A DNA stretch of 64,000 nt from an uncultured delta proteobacterium (GCA_963813785.1 CAWFAJ010000015.1:83060-147059); one strand, 5' to 3'; numbered from the stretch's first letter, positions 1-8,880 are shown. Numbers and translations are program-made. The notes: generated by a model from the letters alone, not told the origin.

Positions 1-1077
1 CGCGAAACCACCGTCGCCAAAGAGGGCGACAACGAAATCCTGGTGCAACTGCCCGGCATCCAGGACCCCGAGCGCGCCAAGGAACTGATCGGCAAGACCG
101 CGGTGCTCGAATTCAAACTGGTTGACGACTCGAAAAACGTGCAGGACGCGATCAAGGACGGCCCGCCCCCCGGCGACGAAATCCTTTATGGCACCTCGGA
201 GCGCGGCGGCAGGGAGCCGTACCTGGTCGAGTCCCCCGTGCTGATGACGGGCGACGTCGTTACCGACGCACGGGTGCGTCCCGGCGCGCGGCTGGAAGGT
301 CCGTACGTGGCGGTCGAGCTCGACGCGCGCGGCGCGGAAATCTTCGATGCGATGACGGCTGAAAACGTCGGGCGGCGTCTGGCGATCGTGCTGGATAACA
401 CGGTTTACTCGGCGCCGGTCATCAAGGAGCGAATTCCCGGCGGTCACGTGCAGATCACCGGACGCTTCTCGCTGGACGAGGCGCACGATCTCGCGATCGT
501 ATTGCGCTCGGGCGCGCTGCCGGCGTCGGTCGAAATCGAAGAGGAGCGCACCGTGGGCCCGTCGCTCGGCCGCGATTCGATTCGCCAGGGCGAGATGTCG
601 TTCGTGATCGGCGCGGGCGCCGTGCTGATCTTCATGGCGCTGTACTACAGCGGCGCGGGTGTGCTCGCGGATTTCGGGCTGTCGCTCAATATCCTGCTGC
701 TGATCTGCGTGATGGCGGCGCTCGGCGCCACGCTGACGTTGCCGGGCATCGCCGGCATCGTGCTGACGCTGGGCATGTCGGTCGACGCGAACGTGCTGGT
801 GAATGAACGAATGCGCGAAGAGTTGCGCGCCGGCAAATCGCCGCGCGAGGCGGTGAAGCTCGGCTACGATCGCGCATGGTCGGCGATTCGCGACTCGAAT
901 ATCTCGACGTTCGCGGCGGGGCTGATCCTCTTCCAATTCGGCACGGGGCCGGTCAAAGGTTTCGCCGTCACCCTGTGCGTAGGCGTGCTGACCGGACTGT
1001 TTTCCTGTATTGTGGTGACACGCGCGTGGTACGACTACCGGATATCGATGCGGAAGCTCACCAGGATTAGCGTTTAA
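1..1077 (+). CDS. secD: Protein translocase subunit SecD, C-terminal part (5' end lies outside the window)
   Basis: ORF open to base 1 in frame; translation shows the SecD C-terminal 6-TM bundle (GAGAVLIFMALYYSGAG...MSVDANVLVNERMREEL...FQFGTGPVKGFAVTL); no secF follows. Confidence 0.85.
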   Translation, partial: RETTVAKEGDNEILVQLPGIQDPERAKELIGKTAVLEFKLVDDSKNVQDAIKDGPPPGDEILYGTSERGGREPYLVESPVLMTGDVVTDARVRPGARLEGPYVAVELDARGAEIFDAMTAENVGRRLAIVLDNTVYSAPVIKERIPGGHVQITGRFSLDEAHDLAIVLRSGALPASVEIEEERTVGPSLGRDSIRQGEMSFVIGAGAVLIFMALYYSGAGVLADFGLSLNILLLICVMAALGATLTLPGIAGIVLTLGMSVDANVLVNERMREELRAGKSPREAVKLGYDRAWSAIRDSNISTFAAGLILFQFGTGPVKGFAVTLCVGVLTGLFSCIVVTRAWYDYRISMRKLTRISV

Positions 1078-1250
1078 AGATTGTTAATGATTCTAAAAGA
1101 TGTTATTAAATTCTGATGATCGACCCTCCCGGGGGCTGTGAGCAAATCTCCAGGTAGTGGGTGCTTTTTTCCTTGACTTGGGCGATGGGCGCGTACTACA
1201 AAATCGCGTCCTGACAAAATCCCCGAGGCAAGGCGTCTTGTTGGACTCGT

Positions 1251-1445
1251 ATGGCCGATAAGGACGACATACTGCTGAATTCCCGCGAAGTCGCGTTCCT
1301 GCTCGACCTGAGTCCGGACACGGTAAACGAATTTGCCCGGCGCAATATTATTCCGGCCTTCAAGAAAGGCCGCCAATGGCGATTTCGCAAGCGCGATATA
1401 ACTTCTGTCAAACGTCAGTTGCGAGGCATCAACGCGGCGGCCTAA
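1251..1445 (+). CDS. Excisionase-family / AlpA-like helix-turn-helix DNA-binding protein (64 aa)
   Basis: LNSREVAFLLDLSPDTVNEFARRNIIPAFKKGRQWRFRKRDI matches the excisionase-family HTH pattern (helix, turn, recognition helix then GRxWRF wing); lies in an AT-rich segment. Confidence 0.55.
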   Translation: MADKDDILLNSREVAFLLDLSPDTVNEFARRNIIPAFKKGRQWRFRKRDITSVKRQLRGINAAA

Positions 1446-1560
1446 CGCCACCCGCGCGAGTCACGCTGAATTCGCGCCGCATCGGGCCAAAATCGCCGTG
1501 ACATAAAAATCCTGCCTCGCACTGATCTCCTGGTCCGCGTCGACCCAATGGAGTTTTCCG

Positions 1561-2179
1561 ATGTCACAACCGCATGAGAGCCGTGTCTATTCCGACCTGG
1601 CGCGTTTCTATGATTTTTTCTTCGGCCGGGTTTTTGTCGATCGCGAGCATGAGGTTATCGAGAGCCTGAATCTCAGGCCCGGTAATCAGCGTGCTCGAGG
1701 TTGGCGTCGGCACCGGAATCGCGCTGGACGCATATCCGCCGTACGCGCACGTTGTCGCGATCGATCCGTCGGCCGACATGCTCGAGCGCGCAAAAAAGCG
1801 CGTGGCGGAAAACGGCTGGGGACATATCGAGCTTCGGCAGGGCGACGCGCTCAATCTCGACTATCCCGACAACAGCTTCGACTACGTTACCTCGTTTCAC
1901 GTTCTGACCGTGGTTCCCGATCCGTACCGGATGATGTCGGAGATGGTGCGGGTGTGTAAGCCGGGCGGGCGGATCGCGATCACCACGCATTTCCAGAGCT
2001 CGAACCCGGTAGTCGCGGCGCTCAACACCATCGTCAATCCGATCACGCGGCAACTGGGATGGACCACCAGATTGCGCAAGCAGGACGTGCTCAAGGGCCA
2101 CCCGATTACGCTGGAACGCAACCAAAAGATCAGCCGGTGGTCGGTGCACTCGTTGATCATCGCGCGCAAAAACGCGTGA
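1561..2179 (+). pseudogene. Class I SAM-dependent methyltransferase (UbiE/PEM-type) interrupted by a +1 frameshift near nt 1690
   Basis: N-terminal part (MSQPHESRVYSDLARFYDFFFGRVF...LNLRPGNQ) is in frame 1 and the methyltransferase core (VLEVGVGTGIALD...DALNLDYPDNSFDYV...KPGGRIAI) is in frame 2; the junction ggt aat cag c|gtg ctc gag needs one base removed. Confidence 0.6.
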
Positions 2180-2222
2180 GCCGCCGCGCGTAGCCGCCGC
2201 CGAGCGAGAAGACCAGCGCGGC

Positions 2223-2600
2223 ATGGCTGATTCGAACAAACCCGATCCTGATTCCCGGAGCAACGACGACCGGGTCGAGGCGCTCGCCAAAGAGCTCGCC
2301 GACCGGCTGCGCGCGATGCCCAATCGCCAGGAACTCACCGAATACGCCGTCAGCATCCTCAAGGAAAGCAACGAGGATGCGGGCGCGTCGGAGCAGGCGG
2401 CGGCGATGGTCGAGCGGGCGGCGAGGAACGACCCGTTCAACCCGATCGCGTTTGCAATTCCACTGCTGGTTATCGGCGCGATGCTGTGCGCGACGGGAAT
2501 CCTGGCCGGCGTGGGGCTGGGTGTAATCGGGATCGCAGTGCTGATGGTGGTGTGGGGATTGCTCGTTGCGTTCTTCGGCCGCTTCCGCCGACAGGGGTGA
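2223..2600 (+). CDS. Hypothetical membrane protein (acidic N-terminus, two C-terminal TM helices)
   Basis: ORF with hydrophobic C-terminus IPLLVIGAMLCATGILAGVGLGVIGIAVLMVVWGLLVAFFG; no recognisable domain. Confidence 0.4.
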   Translation: MADSNKPDPDSRSNDDRVEALAKELADRLRAMPNRQELTEYAVSILKESNEDAGASEQAAAMVERAARNDPFNPIAFAIPLLVIGAMLCATGILAGVGLGVIGIAVLMVVWGLLVAFFGRFRRQG

Positions 2601-2840
2601 GCAGGAAATTCACTTGATTGAATGTGAAACCCTCGGTGGGTTTCACACTTCCTTCGGCAGGGGCTGAGCCCCTGCACCCGCAGTGAGAAGACGCGAAAAT
2701 CTGCGCAGCGCATCTTTTCGCGACTACGCGATGGAAGAGGTGACCCCGTGCACCGCAGGGGTGAGCCCTGCACCCAGTATTAAGGCTGCGCTCCGTTGTC
2801 GCGCGCGGCCCCTGCCAACGACTCAATACTGCGCTGCCTC
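2601..2840. repeat. Mosaic palindromic intergenic repeat (REP/MITE-like), copy 1
   Basis: Chain of hairpin modules (gtgaaaccc-N5-gggtttcac; gcagggg-ctgag-cccctgc; cgcccgcc-gttg-ggcgggcg-like). The first ~140 bp are near-identical to the reverse complement of 54230-54370; related modules recur at 47934, 48676 and 63320. Confidence 0.7.
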
Positions 2841-3056
2841 CGTTGGACCGCTCGCTTTCATCGGTTCGAGCGCATCGAAATCCCGACTCAGTGAGTCTGG
2901 TATGTTGCAGAGACCGGGCGAAATTAGGTAGGCTTGCGCCGGATTTCAAGCGCGCTTGCGATAGAGCTGCAGAGACTGGAATCTTTTACAGTGCATTTGC
3001 TCAAATTGCGGTGGGCGCCCATGGTGGGCAGCTCCTGGAAATTTTGGTGGTAGCGG

Positions 3057-3830
3057 ATGGCCAAGTTTGACTGGAACGAAACGAAACGCCAGATAACCGA
3101 TTCGCAGGCCTGGCAATCCATATTCAGGCACGGATACGAAGACACGCCGCGCAACCGGATCCTGATGGTGTCCGGCAACGTGTGGCTGCATCTGCATCCG
3201 TCCAAAGTGCAAAAGCATGCGGTGCGCCTGCGCTTCACCTGGTGCATGGGCGGCATCACGTTTTTGCTTTTCCTGGTGACGGTGGTCACCGGCGTGTACC
3301 TGATGTTCTACTATCGGCCGACGGCGGAATACGCCTACGCCGACATGAAGTACCTGGAATTCGACATGCCGTTCGGGATGTTGATGCGCAATATGCATCG
3401 ATGGGCCGCGCACGGAATGGTGATCGCGGTGTGGCTGCATATGTTCCGGGTGTTCATGACGGGCTCGTACAAACCGCCGCGCGAGTTCAACTGGGTGGTG
3501 GGCGTGATCCTGCTGGTGCTGACGCTGCTGCTGTCGTTCACCGGATACCTGTTGCCGTGGGATCAACTTTCCATCTGGGCGGTGACGGTCGGCTCGAACA
3601 TGGCGCGCGCCACGCCGCTGCTTGGGCACGGCGGTCCGTTCCATGAAGTGCTCGGGGTGAATCCGGTTTACGACGCGCGCGCATTTATTTTCGGCGGCGC
3701 GGAAATCGGACCGCACACGCTGCTGCGTTTCTATATTTTGCACTGCATCTTTTTTCCGTTGATCGCGGGCATCTTCATGGCGGTGCACTTCTGGCGAATC
3801 CGCCGCGACGGGATGTCGGGGCCGCTCTAG
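3057..3830 (+). CDS. Cytochrome b, N-terminal haem-binding half (cytochrome b6-like subunit of a bc-type complex)
   Basis: Cytochrome b N-terminal domain signature: WLHLHPSKV...HRWAAHGMVIAVWLHMFRVFMTGSYKPPREFNWVVGVILLVLTLLLSFTGYLLPWDQ with the four His ligands of haems bL and bH. Confidence 0.85.
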   Translation: MAKFDWNETKRQITDSQAWQSIFRHGYEDTPRNRILMVSGNVWLHLHPSKVQKHAVRLRFTWCMGGITFLLFLVTVVTGVYLMFYYRPTAEYAYADMKYLEFDMPFGMLMRNMHRWAAHGMVIAVWLHMFRVFMTGSYKPPREFNWVVGVILLVLTLLLSFTGYLLPWDQLSIWAVTVGSNMARATPLLGHGGPFHEVLGVNPVYDARAFIFGGAEIGPHTLLRFYILHCIFFPLIAGIFMAVHFWRIRRDGMSGPL

Positions 3831-3849
3831 GAGCGGAGGCGGGCGGTCG

Positions 3850-3996
3850 ATGGGAGGCGTATTTTCATGGCTGTTGCACCAGGGAATCGTGCGCGTGCTG
3901 TCGGTGCCGATCGGGATGTCGATCGTGGTTTATATAATGTACGTGCTGGCGGCGCCGCCGCCGTGGAGCGACGACGAGGACGGAGCGCCTCGTTAA
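3850..3996 (+). CDS. Possible small single-TM peptide (48 aa) between the two cytochrome b halves
   Basis: Short ORF MGGVFSWLLHQGIVRVLSVPIGMSIVVYIMYVLAAPPPWSDDEDGAPR, below the 60-aa ORF-track cutoff; hydrophobic core; position typical of small bc-complex subunits. Confidence 0.25.
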   Translation: MGGVFSWLLHQGIVRVLSVPIGMSIVVYIMYVLAAPPPWSDDEDGAPR

Positions 3997-4005
3997 GGGT
4001 TAATC

Positions 4006-4911
4006 ATGGCAAGCCGGGAAGGTAGCGAAGGCGCCGTCGCGATGCGGGCGGCGGGAGCGGGCGCAGGCGGAGCTGCCGCGAGGACGCCGGCCGGGGGCGG
4101 GTCGAAGCGAATCGAAGTTCCGATCAAAAAGGCGGGCGGCGGCGGCGAAGAGAAGCTGCACACCTGGCCGTTTTTGGTGCGCAGCGAATTCCTGATGGCG
4201 ATTCTGGTGATCGTCGTTTTGACGGTGTGGTCGCTGTTGCTCAACGCGCCGTTGGAGCAGCCGTCAAACCCGACTCGCACGCCGAATCCGTCGAAGGCGC
4301 CGTGGTACTTTCTGGGCTTGCAGGAAATGCTGGTGTTCTTCGATCCGTGGTACGCGGGCGTGGTGCTGCCGAGTTTCATTATCGTGGGGCTGATGCTGAT
4401 TCCGTACCTGGACATCAATCCGAAAGGTAACGGTTACTACACGCTGCGCGAGCGAACCTTCGAGATTCTGACTTTTTTCATCGGCTTCCACATTCTATGG
4501 GTCTCGTTCATCATCATCGGCACATTTTTCCGCGGACCCGGATGGAACTGGTTCTGGCCCGGCCAGGTATGGGATCCGCATCTGGTGGAGGCGCTGACCA
4601 ACGTGGATTTGCCGTACATGTTCGGCTTCCGCGATTACCTGGCGTCGGCGCTGTTCGGATTGTCGCTGATAATCGGCTACTTCGTGGTCGGGTACGCGGG
4701 GTTATATTACTGGATACGATCGCGGCCGGCGGGCGATCCATGGTCGGCGTTTCCCGGCGGCGGTCCCGAGATATTGAAGAAATGGGGACCGGTGCGCTTC
4801 GGCATCACGGGATTTCTGCTGATCGCGATGGCCGGGGTGTTTATCAAGATGGCGCTGCGGCACGCGCTCAACATCAAGTACATCCTGGTTACGCCCTGGA
4901 TTAACATCTGA
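4006..4911 (+). CDS. Cytochrome b C-terminal half / subunit IV-like protein of a bc-type complex
   Basis: APWYFLGLQEMLVFF (PEWY-type motif) and multi-TM topology; Gly/Ala-rich N-terminal extension; the true start may be internal. Confidence 0.75.
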   Translation: MASREGSEGAVAMRAAGAGAGGAAARTPAGGGSKRIEVPIKKAGGGGEEKLHTWPFLVRSEFLMAILVIVVLTVWSLLLNAPLEQPSNPTRTPNPSKAPWYFLGLQEMLVFFDPWYAGVVLPSFIIVGLMLIPYLDINPKGNGYYTLRERTFEILTFFIGFHILWVSFIIIGTFFRGPGWNWFWPGQVWDPHLVEALTNVDLPYMFGFRDYLASALFGLSLIIGYFVVGYAGLYYWIRSRPAGDPWSAFPGGGPEILKKWGPVRFGITGFLLIAMAGVFIKMALRHALNIKYILVTPWINI

Positions 4912-4912
4912 C

Positions 4913-5107
4913 GTGGCCGCGACCCCGGTGTTTATCCTCGCCAAAGTACTGCAGGCGCTCGGAATCGCCGACGTCGGCTTCGCGCTGTACGTCGGGATCA
5001 GCCAGCCGCACGGGATGGGGAAAGAATACGAGTTCACCGGCATCGGCATACTGGTTTTTCTCGCCGGCTACATCGTCGAGGTCCTGTGGGCTCGTCCGGG
5101 TGAATGA
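4913..5107 (+). CDS. Small hypothetical membrane protein (64 aa)
   Basis: Two hydrophobic segments; overlaps the previous stop by one codon, suggesting translational coupling. Confidence 0.3.
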   Translation: MAATPVFILAKVLQALGIADVGFALYVGISQPHGMGKEYEFTGIGILVFLAGYIVEVLWARPGE

Positions 5108-5194
5108 CTAGTGAGTATTCGAGTGAGTATTTAAGTGAGTAATTGGACGGCGGCCTCGCGGCGGCATTCGCAGTTTAGGACAGGATAAGAGCAG

Positions 5195-7960
5195 ATGGCT
5201 GGCAGACCAGGGCTTGATCCCACTGAGGAAGGAAAATCATACAGCGCGCTGTTCGTGCTGATGGTGGCGGTGTTGCTCGCGACCGCGGTCTGGTCGATTT
5301 GGGACGACAACATCTCGCGCCGTCCGTGGAAGGAATACCAGGTCCAGTGGGACCGGCTGGCGTACGACAAGTACATGAAGGACGCGGCCGACGAGCAGAA
5401 GCGCCTCGACGCCGATCCCGAATACCAGAAAGTCTCGAAGGATCTGGCCGCGGCGCGCAATGAACGCGACTCCGGCGCCACCGCGGCCAAGCTGGCCGCG
5501 CTGCGCGGACAGTTGACCGATCTGAACAACACCGCCAACGACAAGGATCAACTGGTCCGCTTCACCAAGTCGTATTTGACCGAGCGCTGGTACGACTACA
5601 ACCACGCCGTCCAGGAAAGGGAGGACCCGGGTCCATACAAAAAGGAAATCGATCAGCTGAACGCCGAACTCGCGCAGGAAAGTATCGTCTCCGATAAAGC
5701 GAAGGACAATCTGCAGGCGGTCAAGGATCAGATCGAGGCGCTCAACTCGAAGGTCGACAGCCTGACAGATCAGATGAAGAAGCTTACCGCCAAGCGCGAC
5801 GATTTCCTCGACAAGGCCGACACCTGGATGATCCCGGTCAAGTTCCGCAACACCGTCCTGTTGCGCTATCCGAAGATACCGAAGATTCAGCAGACCGCGA
5901 TCGACGACTTCGACCGCAACGCCTTCGACGAGGCGATCGCGCGGGTCGATCGATGCCAGAGCTGTCATATGGGCGCCGACAAGAAGGGCTTCGAGAATGC
6001 GCCCGAGCCGTTTCGCACGCATAGCAACTTCGATCAGATCATATTGAAGCATCCGCCCGAAAAACTCGGGTGCACGCCATGTCACGACGGACAGGGGCCC
6101 GCGGTCAGCTCGGTGCGGCTGGCGCACGGCGACGATCCGGATTGGGATTCGCCGATGCTCAGGGGCGACAAGATGCAGTCCCGATGCATCAAGTGCCATA
6201 TCGACGTGGGCTCGCTGCACGACGCGGCCGGCAAACCGATCGCGGCGAACTGGGTCGAGGGGGAACGGATGTTCCAGCAGATGGGATGCGCGGGATGCCA
6301 TCTGGTGGCGGGCTACGAGGACATGCCGAAGATCGGCCCGTACCTGAAACTCGCGTCGGCGAAGCTCGACCCGTCGTGGACGGTGCGATGGATCGCCCAA
6401 CCGCACGTCTTCCGGCCGCACAGCCGCATGCCGGACTTCATGTTCTCGCGCGAGCAGGCGACTGCGCTGGCCGCGTTCATCATGGACAGTTCGTCGAAGA
6501 ATTCGAAGGACTGGCTCGCGGCGCATCCCGAGCTGGCGACGCTGGAGGCCGACGTCAAGAATCCGGCATTCGTCGAAGAAGGCAAGGGGCTGTTCGAATC
6601 GGTGGGCTGCAAAGGATGCCATGCGATCGAGCCTGATCAATATGGAACCCCGGTGGGCGTTGCCGAGGGCTTCAAGCCCGCCCAGGCGCGCACGACCAAG
6701 GACTTCGCGCCCAACCTGGGCAGGATCGCGGAGAAGACTTCGGCGGCGTGGATATATGCGTGGTTGAAGAATCCACGTGACTTCTCGCCGCACACGGCGA
6801 TGCCGTCGCTGCGCCTGAGCGATCACGAAGCCGAAGCGCTGACCGCCTTCCTGATGACGCATGGCGAGAAGAAGGACGACGCCGGGGTCGAAACCGCCCT
6901 CAAGGATCCCGAGCAGATCAAGAAGGGCGAAGCGCTGGTGCGCAAGTACGGATGCTTCGGGTGCCACGAGATCGAAGGGATGGACAAGGAGTCGCGAACC
7001 GGCGTCGAGCTGACGACCTTCGGCTCCAAGCATCTCGACGAACTATTTTTCGGCAATCAGACGCAGATACCCGAGACCTGGGATCAGTGGACATTCCACA
7101 AACTCCAAAACCCGCGCATCTACGCGACCAAGGACGTCGAGCAGTTGATGCCGAATTTCGATTTCGACGACGCCGACATCAAGAACCTGGTCGTGTTCCT
7201 GGCCGGGATGACGCAAGGCACGGTGCAGGAGCGGTACCGGATGCCCGGATCGGAGCATCAGACGCAAATCGTCGCGGGCCGGCGAATAGTCAATTACTAC
7301 AACTGCGTCGGCTGCCATATCGTCGAGGATCGCGGCGGTTATATCCGCCGCTTCTACCCGGGAGATGAAATCAACTTTGCGCCGCCAATACTCAATGGCG
7401 AGGGCTTCAAGGTTCAACCCGAGTGGCTATTCGCATTCCTCCAGGGACCGACCCCGATTCGTCCGTGGCTGAAGATCAGGATGCCGACTTTTCATTTCAA
7501 CAACGGTGATGACGACGCGATCGTGAATTACTTCACGGCGCTATCGGACGTGAACGTGGTGTATACCTTCATCGACACCAACCTGATTCCACCGGCTGAG
7601 CTGGCGGCGGGCGCGAAGCTGATGACGAAGGACTACTTCAACTGCTTCAGTTGCCATCAGCAGGGCGACAAGAAGCCTGAGGGACCGCCGTCGGGATGGG
7701 CGCCCGACCTGGCGCTGGCGCATCAGCGGTTGAATCCGGACTGGATACTGAAGTGGATCGCAAATCCGTCGGCGCTACAGCCGGGAACCAAGATGCCGTC
7801 GTACTATCCGGGCGGCCCGGACGACATCCTGGGCGGCAACCAGGACAAGCAGATCCGCGCGGTAACGGACTATATTTTCTGGTTTGGAACTCATCCGGGG
7901 CAGACATTGCCGGGCCAGGTGGCGACGGCGCCGGTGAAAAGCGAAGTGAGTAAGAAGTAA
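5195..7960 (+). CDS. Membrane-anchored octaheme c-type cytochrome with an N-terminal coiled-coil stalk (921 aa)
   Basis: Eight CxxCH motifs (CQSCH, CTPCH, CIKCH, CAGCH, CKGCH, CFGCH, CVGCH, CFSCH), several followed by Met-ligand regions (RMPDF, AMPSL, LMPNF, RMPTF, KMPSY) typical of class-I cytochrome c domains; N-terminal TM helix and a ~170-aa heptad-like charged region. Confidence 0.8.
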   Translation: MAGRPGLDPTEEGKSYSALFVLMVAVLLATAVWSIWDDNISRRPWKEYQVQWDRLAYDKYMKDAADEQKRLDADPEYQKVSKDLAAARNERDSGATAAKLAALRGQLTDLNNTANDKDQLVRFTKSYLTERWYDYNHAVQEREDPGPYKKEIDQLNAELAQESIVSDKAKDNLQAVKDQIEALNSKVDSLTDQMKKLTAKRDDFLDKADTWMIPVKFRNTVLLRYPKIPKIQQTAIDDFDRNAFDEAIARVDRCQSCHMGADKKGFENAPEPFRTHSNFDQIILKHPPEKLGCTPCHDGQGPAVSSVRLAHGDDPDWDSPMLRGDKMQSRCIKCHIDVGSLHDAAGKPIAANWVEGERMFQQMGCAGCHLVAGYEDMPKIGPYLKLASAKLDPSWTVRWIAQPHVFRPHSRMPDFMFSREQATALAAFIMDSSSKNSKDWLAAHPELATLEADVKNPAFVEEGKGLFESVGCKGCHAIEPDQYGTPVGVAEGFKPAQARTTKDFAPNLGRIAEKTSAAWIYAWLKNPRDFSPHTAMPSLRLSDHEAEALTAFLMTHGEKKDDAGVETALKDPEQIKKGEALVRKYGCFGCHEIEGMDKESRTGVELTTFGSKHLDELFFGNQTQIPETWDQWTFHKLQNPRIYATKDVEQLMPNFDFDDADIKNLVVFLAGMTQGTVQERYRMPGSEHQTQIVAGRRIVNYYNCVGCHIVEDRGGYIRRFYPGDEINFAPPILNGEGFKVQPEWLFAFLQGPTPIRPWLKIRMPTFHFNNGDDDAIVNYFTALSDVNVVYTFIDTNLIPPAELAAGAKLMTKDYFNCFSCHQQGDKKPEGPPSGWAPDLALAHQRLNPDWILKWIANPSALQPGTKMPSYYPGGPDDILGGNQDKQIRAVTDYIFWFGTHPGQTLPGQVATAPVKSEVSKK

Positions 7961-8061
7961 GTTGTTATCGTTTAGTCGATTGAGTGGGCAACTGATTATT
8001 CGCTAAGCTGAGAGAGTTTGACGTAACCGGGCAAAACATCCGAGCGATTTCGCAGGAGGAA

Positions 8062-8772
8062 ATGGTAATGAACAAGTTTCGAGTTGTACTGGCAGCGTGT
8101 GCGGGTGTCGCGCTCAGCATGACCGCTGGCGCCAGCCTTGCGAGCGCTGCCGGCGGCACGATTAGCGGAACCGTCAAGTACGATGGTACGCCGCCCGCAC
8201 CCAGGAAGGTCGAGGTGACGAAGGACAAGGACGTATGCGCGCTGCATCCGCACTTCGACGAGGAGCTGATCGTTGACAGCGGCGGCGGAATCGCGAACGC
8301 GGTTGTGATCGTGAAAGGCGCCAAGGGCGACCTGAAGCCCGGCGACGTAAAGTTCGACCAGAAGGGATGTGACTACACGCCGCACGTGCTCGCGTTTGAG
8401 GCGGGCAGCACCGTGGATATCATCAACTCGGACGGGATTCTGCACAACATCCATACCTATTCGACCAAGAATCCGCCGTTCAACATGGCTCAGCCCAAGT
8501 TCAAGAAGGTAATCCAACGAAAGATCGATCAGCCGGAAGTGTTCAAGGTCAGCTGCGATGCGCACGGCTGGATGCATGCATGGTGGTACTCGACCGACAC
8601 TCCATACTTCGCGGTGACGGACGACAAGGGCAACTATTCGATCGCAGGCGTGCCGCCGGGCAACTACACCGTTGAAGTGTGGCAGGAAAAGCTCGGCACG
8701 GAGGATCAGAAAGCTGAGGTGAAAGACGGCGCGACGGCGACGACCAATTTCTCGTTGAAGCCGAAGGGCTGA
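8062..8772 (+). CDS. Secreted cupredoxin-like (type-1 copper) protein with an Ig-like/CarbopepD_reg-like C-terminal domain
   Basis: Signal peptide (VVLAACAGVALSMTAGASLASA); candidate T1-Cu ligands H(ILHNIH)...C-D-A-H-G-W-M (CxxHxxM); AGGAGG RBS 6 nt upstream. Confidence 0.5.
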   Translation: MVMNKFRVVLAACAGVALSMTAGASLASAAGGTISGTVKYDGTPPAPRKVEVTKDKDVCALHPHFDEELIVDSGGGIANAVVIVKGAKGDLKPGDVKFDQKGCDYTPHVLAFEAGSTVDIINSDGILHNIHTYSTKNPPFNMAQPKFKKVIQRKIDQPEVFKVSCDAHGWMHAWWYSTDTPYFAVTDDKGNYSIAGVPPGNYTVEVWQEKLGTEDQKAEVKDGATATTNFSLKPKG

Positions 8773-8797
8773 GCGCTACGATGCGACGACAGGAGTC

Positions 8798-8830
8798 GCG
8801 GGGCTGGAGCAATCCAGCCCCGTTTTTCTT
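8798..8830 (+). terminator. Rho-independent terminator after the cupredoxin gene
   Basis: GC stem gcggggctgga-gcaa-tccagcccc followed by gttttt. Confidence 0.6.
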
Positions 8831-8880
8831 TGCAACAATTTAACTTTTCACTATTCACCGGCAGGATAGAATCCGCAGCG

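Noticed and set aside
2683-2931. ORFs beginning MRRRENLRSASFRDYAMEE (also the first 65 codons of 52820-54304) and other short ORFs inside the repeat copies at 47934, 48676, 54120 and 63320
   Set aside because: The identical peptide arises from two inverted copies of a palindromic repeat element; the sequence is structured as DNA/RNA hairpins, not as a conserved protein.
5237-7033. 598-aa ORF antisense to the octaheme cytochrome gene
   Set aside because: Arg/Ala/Gly-rich low-complexity translation typical of the opposite strand of a high-GC gene; the sense strand has eight CxxCH motifs and clear domain structure.
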